The notes: generated by a model from the sequence alone, not told the origin. A DNA stretch of 51,903 nt from Saprospiraceae bacterium (GCA_026985735.1 JALSPW010000069.1:1-51903), one strand, 5' to 3'; counted from the stretch's first letter, positions 37,366-47,015 are shown. Translations and numbers: made by a program.

Positions 37366-38385
37366 TTAAAAAGGATTATTTAATACAACACCTGTACCGG
37401 GTCTATCAGACAATGTAATAACTCCGTCATTAATATCGTGAGCATAACCAATGTCATTTTTCAATAATAATGCCCCGTCCATATCAACATAATCAAGATA
37501 TGGTAGTAATTGGCCAACTGCTGCAATTCCAACAGAAGATTCGGTCATACAACCAACCATAGTTTTCAAACCCAATTTTCTCCCTTCTATCAACATTCTT
37601 CTGGCAGGAGTTATCCCTCCTGCTTTAACCAATTTCACATTAATTCCCGTAAAACGGTTAACACATTTGGGGACATCCACCTCTGTTCTACATGATTCAT
37701 CAGCCATAAGAGGTAAAACGCTATTTTCATATACTACCTCCATATCTTCCCAATGGTCATAAGGCATAGGTTGTTCTATAAATTCAACACCAAGTTCTTT
37801 TAATGCTTTGGAATTTTCAATTGTTTCATCAACTCCCCATCCTGTATTTGCATCAACTCTAAAAGTGGCATCAGTAATTTTACGCAACTCCCTTATTATT
37901 TCAATATCGTTTTTAGTACCCAATTTAACTTTATATAAAGGCCATGGAAATTCCAAAAGCTTTTCTTTCATGACTTCAAGGGTGTCCAAACCGATAGTGT
38001 AATTTGTCATTGGTATTTTATCCGTTTTCAAACCCCAAATTTCATACAATGGTTTTCCTATCAATTTACCATACAGATCATTTGCAGCAATATCTATTGC
38101 GCAGTGCAAAAATCTTTGGTCATCCAATTCTTTATTTAAGAAATCCCAAAAATCCTCAGGATTTTCAAGATGATACTTTTCTATAACAGGTCTTAATTCT
38201 TCCAGTTTTGCCTGCATACCTTCAACTGTAACACCATAATACGGATCTTCAACAGCTTCACCGTAACCGACTTTCCCTTCTTGTTCCAATTTAACAATAA
38301 GGGTACGTTGTATATCATGTGCTCCACGGGAGATAGCAAAAGTATGTTTTAATTCAAGATCATAAATTTTTGATGATAATTTCAT
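37366..38385 (-). CDS. Dipeptide epimerase (L-Ala-D/L-Glu epimerase type, enolase superfamily)
   Basis: MR/MLE-like layout with FRVDAN, IEQP, ADES and KLVKAGG motifs and about 340 aa. Lies next to an LD-carboxypeptidase, as in known murein peptide recycling loci. Confidence 0.75.
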   Translation of the reverse strand: MKLSSKIYDLELKHTFAISRGAHDIQRTLIVKLEQEGKVGYGEAVEDPYYGVTVEGMQAKLEELRPVIEKYHLENPEDFWDFLNKELDDQRFLHCAIDIAANDLYGKLIGKPLYEIWGLKTDKIPMTNYTIGLDTLEVMKEKLLEFPWPLYKVKLGTKNDIEIIRELRKITDATFRVDANTGWGVDETIENSKALKELGVEFIEQPMPYDHWEDMEVVYENSVLPLMADESCRTEVDVPKCVNRFTGINVKLVKAGGITPARRMLIEGRKLGLKTMVGCMTESSVGIAAVGQLLPYLDYVDMDGALLLKNDIGYAHDINDGVITLSDRPGTGVVLNNPF

Positions 38386-38534
38386 ATTTTTATTATTTTA
38401 TATTTATTTGAAATTCTATTACTTTTTTTTCACAAATCATCATGAAAGGGAAATACAGTGTATAAATAACAAAATTCATCTAAAAAAATTCCATCTGAAT
38501 AGTTTTGAGTAGTTAAAACTATTTGATAACCAAA

Positions 38535-39608
38535 CTATATAACAGCATTTTCAAACAACACCAACTCTTGTTTTTCCATAACAAAAGCCCCTTCAATACC
38601 GATAGGTAAAGTACACATTTCTTTTATATGTCCAAAAGAGAATCCGTAGAAAACAGGAATATCAAGATAAGCTAACCGGTCTATTAAAGTTTCCTTAAGA
38701 CTAAGAGTATTTTTATCTTCGGGATCCGGATTACAATCATTAAATATTCCCAATATTATTCCGTTTGCCTCTTTCAAATTAGCTGTTTGCCTCAGTTGAG
38801 TCAACATTCTATCTATCCTATAAGGTTTTTCTCCGATATCTTCAATAAAAATCAATTTATCTTTTGCATCCAACTGATAAGGAGTACCTGCTATTGCTGC
38901 CAATAATGTCAAATTACCTCCCACCAAAGGTCCTTTCATGTGACCATTAACAATTATTTGAGGTTTAAACTCAACGGAATCATTTTCATAAGAAATTTTA
39001 TTACTAATCTTAATGTTTTTATCATTGGTCATCAAAACAGATTTGAAATTTTCCGTATTATAATCTGTCATTTCCGTAGAAGCAACAGGCCCGTGAAATG
39101 TCACTAAACCTGTCATTTTATGAATAGCCTGAAGCAAAGCGGTAATATCGCTATAACCAAGCAATATCTTCGGATTATTCTCAATCAAATCATAATCCAA
39201 ATCATATAAAAGCCTGGTAGTGCCATAACCTCCTCTGACACACCAAATAGCATCAACTTCAGGATCGGCAAACATTTGGTGAATATCATCAATTCTACGT
39301 TTATCATCACCGGCCAGATATCCGTAATTCAAGAAAAGATTTTTAGCATTTTTATATTTAAAACCCAATCGAGCTATATTTGTCAAAGCTCTCTCATAGG
39401 CATCTTCTGAAAACGGACTACCCGGTGCTATCAAACCAATTGTATCGCCTTCTTTTAATCTTTTGGGTTTTATCAACTTTTTCTGTTTAAACCGGTTTTC
39501 TTTTGTCGGTTTTTCCTGATATGGCAATCCTGAAGAGACATTACATGATACAAAACCACTTGCCGCTCCTAAAAATACCAATTTATTAAAATCTTTCCTT
39601 TTCATCAT
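38535..39608 (-). CDS. LD-carboxypeptidase (peptidase S66, LdcA-like) with a predicted signal/lipobox
   Basis: S66-like pattern with GYSDITAL (nucleophile Ser) and a FGH motif near the C-terminus. The N-terminus MMKRKDFNKLVFLGAASGFVSC looks exported or lipidated. Confidence 0.75.
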   Translation of the reverse strand: MMKRKDFNKLVFLGAASGFVSCNVSSGLPYQEKPTKENRFKQKKLIKPKRLKEGDTIGLIAPGSPFSEDAYERALTNIARLGFKYKNAKNLFLNYGYLAGDDKRRIDDIHQMFADPEVDAIWCVRGGYGTTRLLYDLDYDLIENNPKILLGYSDITALLQAIHKMTGLVTFHGPVASTEMTDYNTENFKSVLMTNDKNIKISNKISYENDSVEFKPQIIVNGHMKGPLVGGNLTLLAAIAGTPYQLDAKDKLIFIEDIGEKPYRIDRMLTQLRQTANLKEANGIILGIFNDCNPDPEDKNTLSLKETLIDRLAYLDIPVFYGFSFGHIKEMCTLPIGIEGAFVMEKQELVLFENAVI

Positions 39609-40291
39609 TATTTCAAATAAAAATTAAAAACTAGATTTATATAATTTCCGGCAGTTATATCATTGTATGACCTTTCTGCATGAAACGCTGAAAAGCCATT
39701 CCATTTTTCACCGATATAAAACCCGTATTTAATAACAGGCGCCACTAATAAATGATTTGTTATTTTAAAATCCAATCCCAACCCAAAATCAAATTTTCCC
39801 GCAATATTAAAATCATCAATATTGTCAACAGATTTTTTGACAGTTCTGAATGCACCGAACATACCGGGAGAGACCTGAATAAAAAAGCTTTTCTTAAACC
39901 ATTCTCCATCATGCGAAAATGTAGGGCAATCTTTTTTATAATTCCTTCCTACAAAATCAAACATATATACATTCATATCAAATTCAATACCGGCAACATG
40001 CGAATAATACTCAAATTTACAAGAAGATTCGGGAAATTTGAATTTTGAAAACATATAATAAATTCCGGGTGTAAATTCCAACCTATAATTCTTTAATCTA
40101 AACCAATAATTAATTCCACCACCATAAGAATATTTAAAAATTTGACTTTCTTTACCGGAATAATTATATATGACATCATTCCAACTTTTATAAACATTTT
40201 TATTTCCGGATAACTCTATTCCAACCTGAGAGAAAAGGTGAAACGGAATTAAAAAGAAAAGGATTAATATTAAATATTTAACAAGATTCAT
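39608..40291 (-). CDS. Small outer-membrane beta-barrel protein (PorT/OMP_b-brl_2-like)
   Basis: The ATG at 40291 gives MNLVKYLILILFFLIPFHLFSQ. Alternating aromatic/Gly strands. Its TAA stop shares one base with the ATG of the LD-carboxypeptidase gene (TAATG). Confidence 0.5.
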   Translation of the reverse strand: MNLVKYLILILFFLIPFHLFSQVGIELSGNKNVYKSWNDVIYNYSGKESQIFKYSYGGGINYWFRLKNYRLEFTPGIYYMFSKFKFPESSCKFEYYSHVAGIEFDMNVYMFDFVGRNYKKDCPTFSHDGEWFKKSFFIQVSPGMFGAFRTVKKSVDNIDDFNIAGKFDFGLGLDFKITNHLLVAPVIKYGFYIGEKWNGFSAFHAERSYNDITAGNYINLVFNFYLK

Positions 40292-40586
40292 AAAATAATA
40301 ATTTTTGTACAACTACTAAGGTATAATCATTTTAGACAATAAAGATTTATCGTTTTTTGTTTTAATGAATAAAATAAACGAATATAAATATATTTTTTGC
40401 ACTTTTATTCATATCAATCTAACAAATAATCCTCAATTCATATTTTCTTTTATCTTTTCACTCTTCACTTGTAAATTCATCAATAGAAAACAATACTTTA
40501 AGCGAGATAAATGCACTTCACTTTTTAATCACATTCTCACTACTTTTAAATCAATCGCCAAATGTAAAAAAAATAATTATGATTAC

Positions 40587-40639
40587 ATAGTGCCAGTCCA
40601 TAAAGTACTTGATTTTTTTAAAATAAAGATTTTTGATAA
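40587..40639 (+). repeat. Intergenic repeat element, core copy
   Basis: ATAGTGCCAGTCCATAAAGTACTTGATTTTTTTAAAATAAAGATTTTTGATAA. Identical to 15223-15275 at 46 of 53 positions in an ungapped hand alignment. Confidence 0.7.
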
Positions 40640-40801
40640 GTTATTTTTAAAAATTCTTACATAAATAACCGGTCAAGATTTACTTTCTCAGCAAAATTGT
40701 AATATAATAATATACAGAGGAATATAAATACTCTCTATTTTGCAAAATAATTTTTCAAAGATTTTATTCAATTATAAAGTAGTTATAAAAAGAATTTAAT
40801 G

Positions 40802-40809
40802 TACATTTG
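40802..40809 (+). promoter_or_regulatory. -7 promoter box TACATTTG
   Basis: Ends 23 nt upstream of the ATG at 40833, within TTTAATGTACATTTGT. Confidence 0.5.
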
Positions 40810-40832
40810 TGAACACAAATACAATATGGATA

Positions 40833-41249
40833 ATGAAAAACAGTGTAGATTTGATCGCGAGAATATTCATAGCTATTATGTTTTACTATGAAGCATTTGA
40901 TTCTTTTTTATATTTTGATGATACCAAAAGGACCATGTCAATTTACGGTTTAACATGGAAACAAGATTTTATGTTAGGTAGTGTTATTGTATTTCTCATC
41001 GTTGGAGCGACTTTGGTTCTTATAGGGTATTATTCAAGATTCGGTTCTTTCCTTTTGCTCATATATTTTGTTCCGACAACTTTAATAGTATATTCATTTT
41101 GGAATGATCCACCTGACATACAAAGAATACAGATGATTAATTTCATGAAAAATCTTGCAATAATAGGAGGTTTGTTATTGCTTACTATCCACAAACCCGG
41201 AAAATACAGTATAAAAAGATTAATTTATTTTATGCGATTACCGGGCTAA
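40833..41249 (+). CDS. DoxX family membrane protein
   Basis: About 138 aa with four TM helices. The DLIARIFIAIMFYYEAFDS start is typical of DoxX. Confidence 0.6.
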   Translation: MKNSVDLIARIFIAIMFYYEAFDSFLYFDDTKRTMSIYGLTWKQDFMLGSVIVFLIVGATLVLIGYYSRFGSFLLLIYFVPTTLIVYSFWNDPPDIQRIQMINFMKNLAIIGGLLLLTIHKPGKYSIKRLIYFMRLPG

Positions 41250-41266
41250 CACTAAAAACATGCTAT

Positions 41267-41953
41267 ATGAGATATAAATGGATATTATTTGATGCCGATA
41301 ATACATTATTTGATTTTACTTATTCTCAAAAAAAAGCCCTTGAACAATGCTTATTGGATTTCGGGTATGAATTTAATGATAAAATTTTTAATATCTTCAC
41401 ACGCTTAAATAACGAAATTTGGACTGCATATGATGAAAACAAGATATCGCACGAAGAAATAAAAACACTTAGATTTAAAAGACTTTTCGATGAATTGGGA
41501 AAAAACAATGCTGATATCAATGCATTCAATAATAAATTTATTGAAAAACTTATAGAACATTCCAAACTCATTGAAGACACTGATACCTATTTGGAAAAAC
41601 TATACGGCAAAATCAATATGGCAATAATTACCAACGGAATGAAAGAAGTACAAAGGCCGCGATTTGAAAAATTTCCACACAAATCAAAATTCGAACATAT
41701 ATTTATTTCAGGGGAAATAAGAAAATCAAAACCAAATAAAGAATATTTTGAACATGTACATAAAACAACCGGAGCATTGGAAAAATCAAATTATTTGGTA
41801 GTAGGTGACAATATAATTGCAGATATTTACGGAGGGAAAAATTATGGCTTTGATACATGCTGGTACAATCCTAATATGATTTCCGATAAAAACCGGAAAT
41901 ATGCCGATTATGAAATTCAAAATATCCATGAAATGGACAAAATACTATATTGA
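41267..41953 (+). CDS. HAD-IA hydrolase (YjjG-like nucleotidase type)
   Basis: Motif I FDADNTLFDF, motif II ITNG and motif III K...VGDNIIADIYGG. Confidence 0.75.
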   Translation: MRYKWILFDADNTLFDFTYSQKKALEQCLLDFGYEFNDKIFNIFTRLNNEIWTAYDENKISHEEIKTLRFKRLFDELGKNNADINAFNNKFIEKLIEHSKLIEDTDTYLEKLYGKINMAIITNGMKEVQRPRFEKFPHKSKFEHIFISGEIRKSKPNKEYFEHVHKTTGALEKSNYLVVGDNIIADIYGGKNYGFDTCWYNPNMISDKNRKYADYEIQNIHEMDKILY

Positions 41954-41956
41954 ATT

Positions 41957-42556
41957 ATGTTATCAATAGGAATTACAGGAGGAATCGGTAGTGGTAAAAC
42001 TACTGTTTGCAAAATATTCGAAATTTTAGGCGTTCCGGTTTATAATGCTGATGAAAGAGCAAAATATCTAATGACTCATAATAAGGCTCTTATTAAAAAA
42101 ATCAAAAATATTTTCGGTAGCAATAGTTATCTGAAAAATGGCGATTTAAATAGAAAATATATAGCCCAAATAGTTTTTAAAAATAGACAAAAACTGGAGA
42201 TATTAAATAAAGCGGTTCACCCCATAGTAAAATTGGATTTTACCGATTGGGTAAAAAAACAAAATTCAGAATATTTAATCAAAGAAGCAGCTTTACTGTT
42301 TGAAACAGGTAGCTATCGGGATATGGATTTCAATGTATTGATATATTCTCCTATAGAGCTCAGAATAGAAAGAGTGATGAAGCGTGATAATACTGACCGG
42401 GATAGTGTTTTAGCTAGGGTGAAAAACCAGATGGAAGAAGAAAAAAAATCAAAACTTGCTGATTTTATTATTAAAAATGACGGCAAGCATTCATTAATTG
42501 AACAAATATTGAATCTGGACAAGAAATTTAAAGAAATAAATGCGAAAATACGATAA
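41957..42556 (+). CDS. coaE: Dephospho-CoA kinase
   Basis: GITGGIGSGKTTV P-loop at the N-terminus, about 200 aa, with the VHP...EAALLFE pattern. Confidence 0.9.
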   Translation: MLSIGITGGIGSGKTTVCKIFEILGVPVYNADERAKYLMTHNKALIKKIKNIFGSNSYLKNGDLNRKYIAQIVFKNRQKLEILNKAVHPIVKLDFTDWVKKQNSEYLIKEAALLFETGSYRDMDFNVLIYSPIELRIERVMKRDNTDRDSVLARVKNQMEEEKKSKLADFIIKNDGKHSLIEQILNLDKKFKEINAKIR

Positions 42557-43781
42557 TTTTGAATTTGACCATCCACTAATCTTAAGTCCTGTCGAGAATA
42601 ATCTGAAGGTTATAGTCGTTATTCCCGCTTTTAATGAACACTACCTTCAAACAACCATTGACTCAATATTTCAAAATACTTTTGAAAACGGTAGTGTAGA
42701 AGTCATTATTGTAATCAACGAAAGTGATTGTGTAAAAAGAGAAATTTCAAAATTTCATCAAAAACAGTATGAAAGATTATTAAAGATAAGTGAGGATTTT
42801 TCAACAACAAAATTAAAATTACTTCCGGTATACATAAAAAATATCAAAAGCGACATTGCAGGTCCCGGTATTGCCAGGAAAATCGGAATGGACGAAGCGG
42901 TAAAAAGATTTGACAGCATAAATTTCCCGCAAGGTTTAATAGTAAGTCTTGATGCTGATACTACTGTTGAAAAAAATTATCTGAATGAATTAATAAAAAC
43001 AGTTGATAATTATAATAAAATTAAAGCATTCAGTATTTATTTCGAACATAATATAGATGAAAATATTTCTAAGGAAGAAAAACGTGCTATTATTCAGTAT
43101 GAGTTGCATTTAAGATATTATATCAATATGCAAAGAGTTTTGCAACTTCCTTTTGCATATTACACTATAGGAAGTGCAATGGCAGTGAGATGCTATGCTT
43201 ATAAAGAATCATTTGGAATGAATAAAAGACAAGCAGGTGAAGACTTCTATTTTCTACACAAATTTATAAAAACCGGTTATTATAAAGAAATCAACAGCAC
43301 AAAAGTATTTCCTTCAGCCAGAATTTCAAATAGAGTTCCTTTTGGGACAGGGAAAGCATTAAACAAAATCATAGAGTCACAAAAATCACTTCAAACATAC
43401 AATTACAGATCATTTGAAGCTTTAAAATCATTAATTTCAAATCTGGAAGATATATATATCGACTATAACAATATATCGCTGATGCATAAGCCTGTCAAAG
43501 CATTTCTTGAAACAAAAAATTTTCACAAAAGATATTTGGAGATCAAAAAACATACTAAGGATTTCCATTCGTTCAGAAAAAGATTTTTCAGATGGTTTGA
43601 TGCTTTTTTATTGATGAAATATTTACATTTCACAAGAGATAATTATTATAAAAATATAGATATAGAAGAAGCCATTCAGTATTTATTATCAAAATACATG
43701 ATCGAAGAAAGCAACAATCTTGAAACAGCATTGATGACTTTTCGAAAAATAGATCTTTCTTTCTCTGTCAAAAACACATAG
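42540..43781 (+). CDS. Family 2 glycosyltransferase
   Basis: N-terminal GT-A fold (VVIPAFNE ... SLDADT) and a 17-nt overlap with coaE. Confidence 0.7.
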   Translation: MRKYDNFEFDHPLILSPVENNLKVIVVIPAFNEHYLQTTIDSIFQNTFENGSVEVIIVINESDCVKREISKFHQKQYERLLKISEDFSTTKLKLLPVYIKNIKSDIAGPGIARKIGMDEAVKRFDSINFPQGLIVSLDADTTVEKNYLNELIKTVDNYNKIKAFSIYFEHNIDENISKEEKRAIIQYELHLRYYINMQRVLQLPFAYYTIGSAMAVRCYAYKESFGMNKRQAGEDFYFLHKFIKTGYYKEINSTKVFPSARISNRVPFGTGKALNKIIESQKSLQTYNYRSFEALKSLISNLEDIYIDYNNISLMHKPVKAFLETKNFHKRYLEIKKHTKDFHSFRKRFFRWFDAFLLMKYLHFTRDNYYKNIDIEEAIQYLLSKYMIEESNNLETALMTFRKIDLSFSVKNT

Positions 43782-43964
43782 ATCCATTATTAATACGAAC
43801 CACCCCAACCGGAAAATCCCAATAAATACATCAAAACAATTTAAGTAATTTATATCCTGTCTAATTTAAAATAATATACATATTCTTAGTAACTAAAACA
43901 ATGTCCTTAATGTAAATTTGTAATATTATTGAAACTATTCAAATAGAATCATTTTGGCTGAAAA

Positions 43965-44189
43965 ATGAAAATAATTTATAAGATTATTAGATTTTATTAT
44001 CATGGTTTCAAAAACATGGAGCCATACGGTAAAAGGTTATGGATAATAATTTTTATTAAATTATTCATCATGTTCGCAATATTAAAAATATTCTTTTTCC
44101 AAGATATTCTTCAAACAAAATATAAATCTGATTCGGAAAGAATCGAACATATTGAAAACCAAATAATACAAAATTATGGACAACATTAA
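43965..44189 (+). CDS. DUF4492-type small membrane protein preceding cydA
   Basis: 74 aa with the pattern YHGFKNM..YGKRLWIIIFIKLFIMFAILKIFFF. Its position overlapping the cydA start is typical of Bacteroidota cyd operons. Confidence 0.7.
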   Translation: MKIIYKIIRFYYHGFKNMEPYGKRLWIIIFIKLFIMFAILKIFFFQDILQTKYKSDSERIEHIENQIIQNYGQH

Positions 44190-45699
44190 TTGGGCATTAG
44201 TAGATTGGTCCAGGGCACAGTTTGCTTTAACCGCTTTATACCACTGGATATTTGTTCCTCTCACTTTAGGAATTTCATTTATTATTGCAATAATGGAAAC
44301 TATATATGTCAAAACAGGTGATGAAAAGTGGAAAAAAATAACAAAATTCTGGATGAAACTATTTGGTATAAACTTCGCTATCGGTGTAGCAACCGGAATT
44401 ATTTTAGAGTTTGAATTCGGCACCAATTGGTCAAATTATTCATGGTTTGTCGGAGATATCTTTGGCGCTCCATTAGCTATTGAAGGTATTATGGCCTTTT
44501 TTCTTGAATCGACATTCATTGCGATAATGTTTTTCGGATGGAATAAAGTAAGTAAAAAGGCGCATTTAATATCTTCATGGCTAACCGCAATTGGAACAAA
44601 CTTATCAGGAATCTGGATTTTGGTAGCAAATGGCTGGATGCAAAATCCAATTGGGATGGAATTTAATCCTGACACAATGAGAAATGAAATGAATAATTTT
44701 TGGGATGTTTTTTTCAATCCTGTATCAGTAAATAAATTCCTGCATACTATCACTTCAGCATATACATTTGCTGCACTATTTGTGGTAGCAGTAAGTGCAT
44801 GGTTGATTTTAAAAAACAAAGATATTATTCTGGCAAAATATAGTATGTTGGTAGCTTCTGTTTTCGGATTGATAGCGATTGTATCAACGATATTTTTTGG
44901 AGATGGTTCAGCCAAGCAAGTTGCAAAATACCAACCTATGAAATTGGCTGCTATGGAAGGATTGTATCATGGGACTAGTGGTGCTCCTGTTGTTGCTTTC
45001 GGGATAATGGAAGACATTAAAGACAGTACCGAAAAAAAAATCATTGGTGATTTAGAGATTCCCAATTTGTTATCAATTCTTGCTTTCAACAATTCCGAAG
45101 CATATATTCCGGGAATTGCAGATATAGTTCATGGCAACAAAGAACATAATATACGGGGATATGAAGAAAGGATAAAATCAGGAAAACTTGCCATTCAAGC
45201 ACTTGCCGATTACAAAAAATACAAAAAAGAAGGTAATATAGAAATGGCTAAAAAAAATCTTAAAATTTTCAAAGCGCATTTCAAGGATTTCGGATATGGT
45301 TATTATCTTGGTAAAGATCCTCATGAATTGATTCCTAATGTCAAAATTTCATTTTATTCTTTTCATGTTATGGTGATTCTCGGATTTTTATTTATACTGA
45401 TTTTCATACTTTCCATTTGGGGTATTTTCAAAGAAAATTTATTAACAAAAAAATGGATATTATACTTATTTATTATTTCATTCCCATTAGGCCTTATCGC
45501 ACAAGAGCTGGGATGGGTATTAGCTGAAGTAGGAAGGCAACCATGGGTGATTCAAGATTTATTACCAAATTTTGTAGCTATTTCACATATTGACACAAAT
45601 AGTGTTATAATCACTTTTTTTATGTTTTTAGTAATTTTCACTGCGTTATTAATAGCCGAAATTAAAATAATGCTTACTGCAATCAAAAAAGGATTTTAA
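44176..45699 (+). CDS. cydA: Cytochrome bd ubiquinol oxidase subunit I
   Basis: FALTALYHWIFVPLTLG, GAPLAIEGIMAFFLESTF, a Q-loop region and the EVGRQPWVI motif. Confidence 0.95.
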   Translation: MDNINWALVDWSRAQFALTALYHWIFVPLTLGISFIIAIMETIYVKTGDEKWKKITKFWMKLFGINFAIGVATGIILEFEFGTNWSNYSWFVGDIFGAPLAIEGIMAFFLESTFIAIMFFGWNKVSKKAHLISSWLTAIGTNLSGIWILVANGWMQNPIGMEFNPDTMRNEMNNFWDVFFNPVSVNKFLHTITSAYTFAALFVVAVSAWLILKNKDIILAKYSMLVASVFGLIAIVSTIFFGDGSAKQVAKYQPMKLAAMEGLYHGTSGAPVVAFGIMEDIKDSTEKKIIGDLEIPNLLSILAFNNSEAYIPGIADIVHGNKEHNIRGYEERIKSGKLAIQALADYKKYKKEGNIEMAKKNLKIFKAHFKDFGYGYYLGKDPHELIPNVKISFYSFHVMVILGFLFILIFILSIWGIFKENLLTKKWILYLFIISFPLGLIAQELGWVLAEVGRQPWVIQDLLPNFVAISHIDTNSVIITFFMFLVIFTALLIAEIKIMLTAIKKGF

Positions 45700-45719
45700 T
45701 CATTAAAAAATAAATAATT

Positions 45720-46898
45720 ATGTTTTTATCGATATCATACGGATTATTGCAAGAATACTGGTGGATTATCATTTCTATTTTGGGAGCATCTCTGGTATTT
45801 CTTTTATTTGTCCAGGGGGGACAAACTTTAATGAACAGTTTTAATGGAGGAGAAAAAGAAAAAACTATCATATTGAATGCAACAGGACATAAATGGGAAT
45901 TGACATTCACTACTTTGGTAACTTTTGGCGGGGCTTTTTTCGCATCATTTCCTTTATTTTATTCCACTAGTTTTGGTGGAGCATTTTGGGTATGGATGAT
46001 TATTTTATTTGCATTTATTATTCAAGCCGTATCTTATGAATATAGAAAAAGGAATAATGTATTGGGACAAAAAACCTTTGAGATTTTTTTAATGATTAAT
46101 GGAGTTATAGCTCCTGTTTTGTTAGGAGTTGCAGTTTCCACATTTTTCACCGGTAGTGCATTTTCAATAGAGAAAACAAAATTGATAAACATGGCATTAT
46201 CAAATGAGCAAGCGGTTATCTCTCAATGGCATACACCTTTTCATGGACTTGAAGCGATTTGGACAATAGAGCATTTTGCATTTTTACAAAATCTATCTTT
46301 GGGAATAGCTGTTTTTTTCCTATCAAGAGTTTTAGCTTTATTATATTTTAAAAATATTATCGAAAATAAAATTATTGAAACCAAGATACCTAAATTATTA
46401 AAAACCAATGCTATTCTTTTTCTAGTCTTCTTTTTATTTTGGTTAATCAGATTACTTTTCATCAGTGGATTTGCAGTAAATGAAGATGGTAATATCATAT
46501 TAGAAAAGTTCAAATACCTGCATAATCTATTAGAGATGCCAATAGTTTTAATAATTCTTATAGCTGGTATAATATTAGTTTTATGGGGAATTTATAAAGG
46601 TATTTTCACTAAATCCACGTCAGGATTCTGGTATTCAGGAGCAGGCACTTTCCTAACGGTAATGGCATTATTTCTCATAGCGGGTTTTAACAATACTGCA
46701 TATTATCCATCTACTTATGATTTAAATAGTTCTCTAACGATACGCAATAGCTCTTCCAGTTCTTATACATTAGGAGTTATGTCAATAGTTTCATTAATGA
46801 TTCCATTTGTTATTGCATATATCGTTTGGGTATGGAGAGCTTTAGACAGCAAAAAAATATCCGGACAAGAGCTTGAATCTGAAAATCATGTTTATTAA
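45720..46898 (+). CDS. cydB: Cytochrome bd ubiquinol oxidase subunit II
   Basis: Polytopic 392-aa protein immediately after cydA. N-terminus LQEYWWIIISILGASLVFLLFVQGG. Confidence 0.9.
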   Translation: MFLSISYGLLQEYWWIIISILGASLVFLLFVQGGQTLMNSFNGGEKEKTIILNATGHKWELTFTTLVTFGGAFFASFPLFYSTSFGGAFWVWMIILFAFIIQAVSYEYRKRNNVLGQKTFEIFLMINGVIAPVLLGVAVSTFFTGSAFSIEKTKLINMALSNEQAVISQWHTPFHGLEAIWTIEHFAFLQNLSLGIAVFFLSRVLALLYFKNIIENKIIETKIPKLLKTNAILFLVFFLFWLIRLLFISGFAVNEDGNIILEKFKYLHNLLEMPIVLIILIAGIILVLWGIYKGIFTKSTSGFWYSGAGTFLTVMALFLIAGFNNTAYYPSTYDLNSSLTIRNSSSSSYTLGVMSIVSLMIPFVIAYIVWVWRALDSKKISGQELESENHVY

Positions 46899-46913
46899 TA
46901 AAAACAATAACTT

Positions 46914-47015
46914 ATGTATACTTATGGAATAATAAACTATCTTTTATGGCCGTTGATAATATTATTATCTTATTATATTGTTACCTTGGCTATAAAGAGT
47001 TATGACAAAAAATAG
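46914..47015 (+). CDS. 33-codon single-TM micro-ORF after cydB (candidate small oxidase subunit)
   Basis: Hand-translated as ATG...TAG = MYTYGIINYLLWPLIILLSYYIVTLAIKSYDKK. Starts 15 nt after the cydB stop, has a hydrophobic core with a basic tail, and is too short for the supplied ORF track. Confidence 0.35.
   Translation: MYTYGIINYLLWPLIILLSYYIVTLAIKSYDKK

Noticed and set aside
40365-40664. A 99-aa ORF in the long OMP/doxX intergenic region.
   Set aside because: The translation is very low in complexity and biased toward Phe, Ile, Lys and Asn, with no start context. It also runs across the conserved non-coding repeat core at 40587-40639.
44436-44915. Long antisense ORFs inside well-supported genes: 159 aa antisense to cydA, 146 aa (24785-25225) antisense to gyrA, 151 aa (4705-5160) antisense to the wzi-like gene, and 116 aa (32339-32689) antisense to the TonB-like gene.
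   Set aside because: They lie entirely within confidently assigned coding regions. Their translations are low-complexity or hydrophobic mirror-image sequences, and I recognise no motifs. They are most likely frame artefacts of the sense-strand codon pattern.
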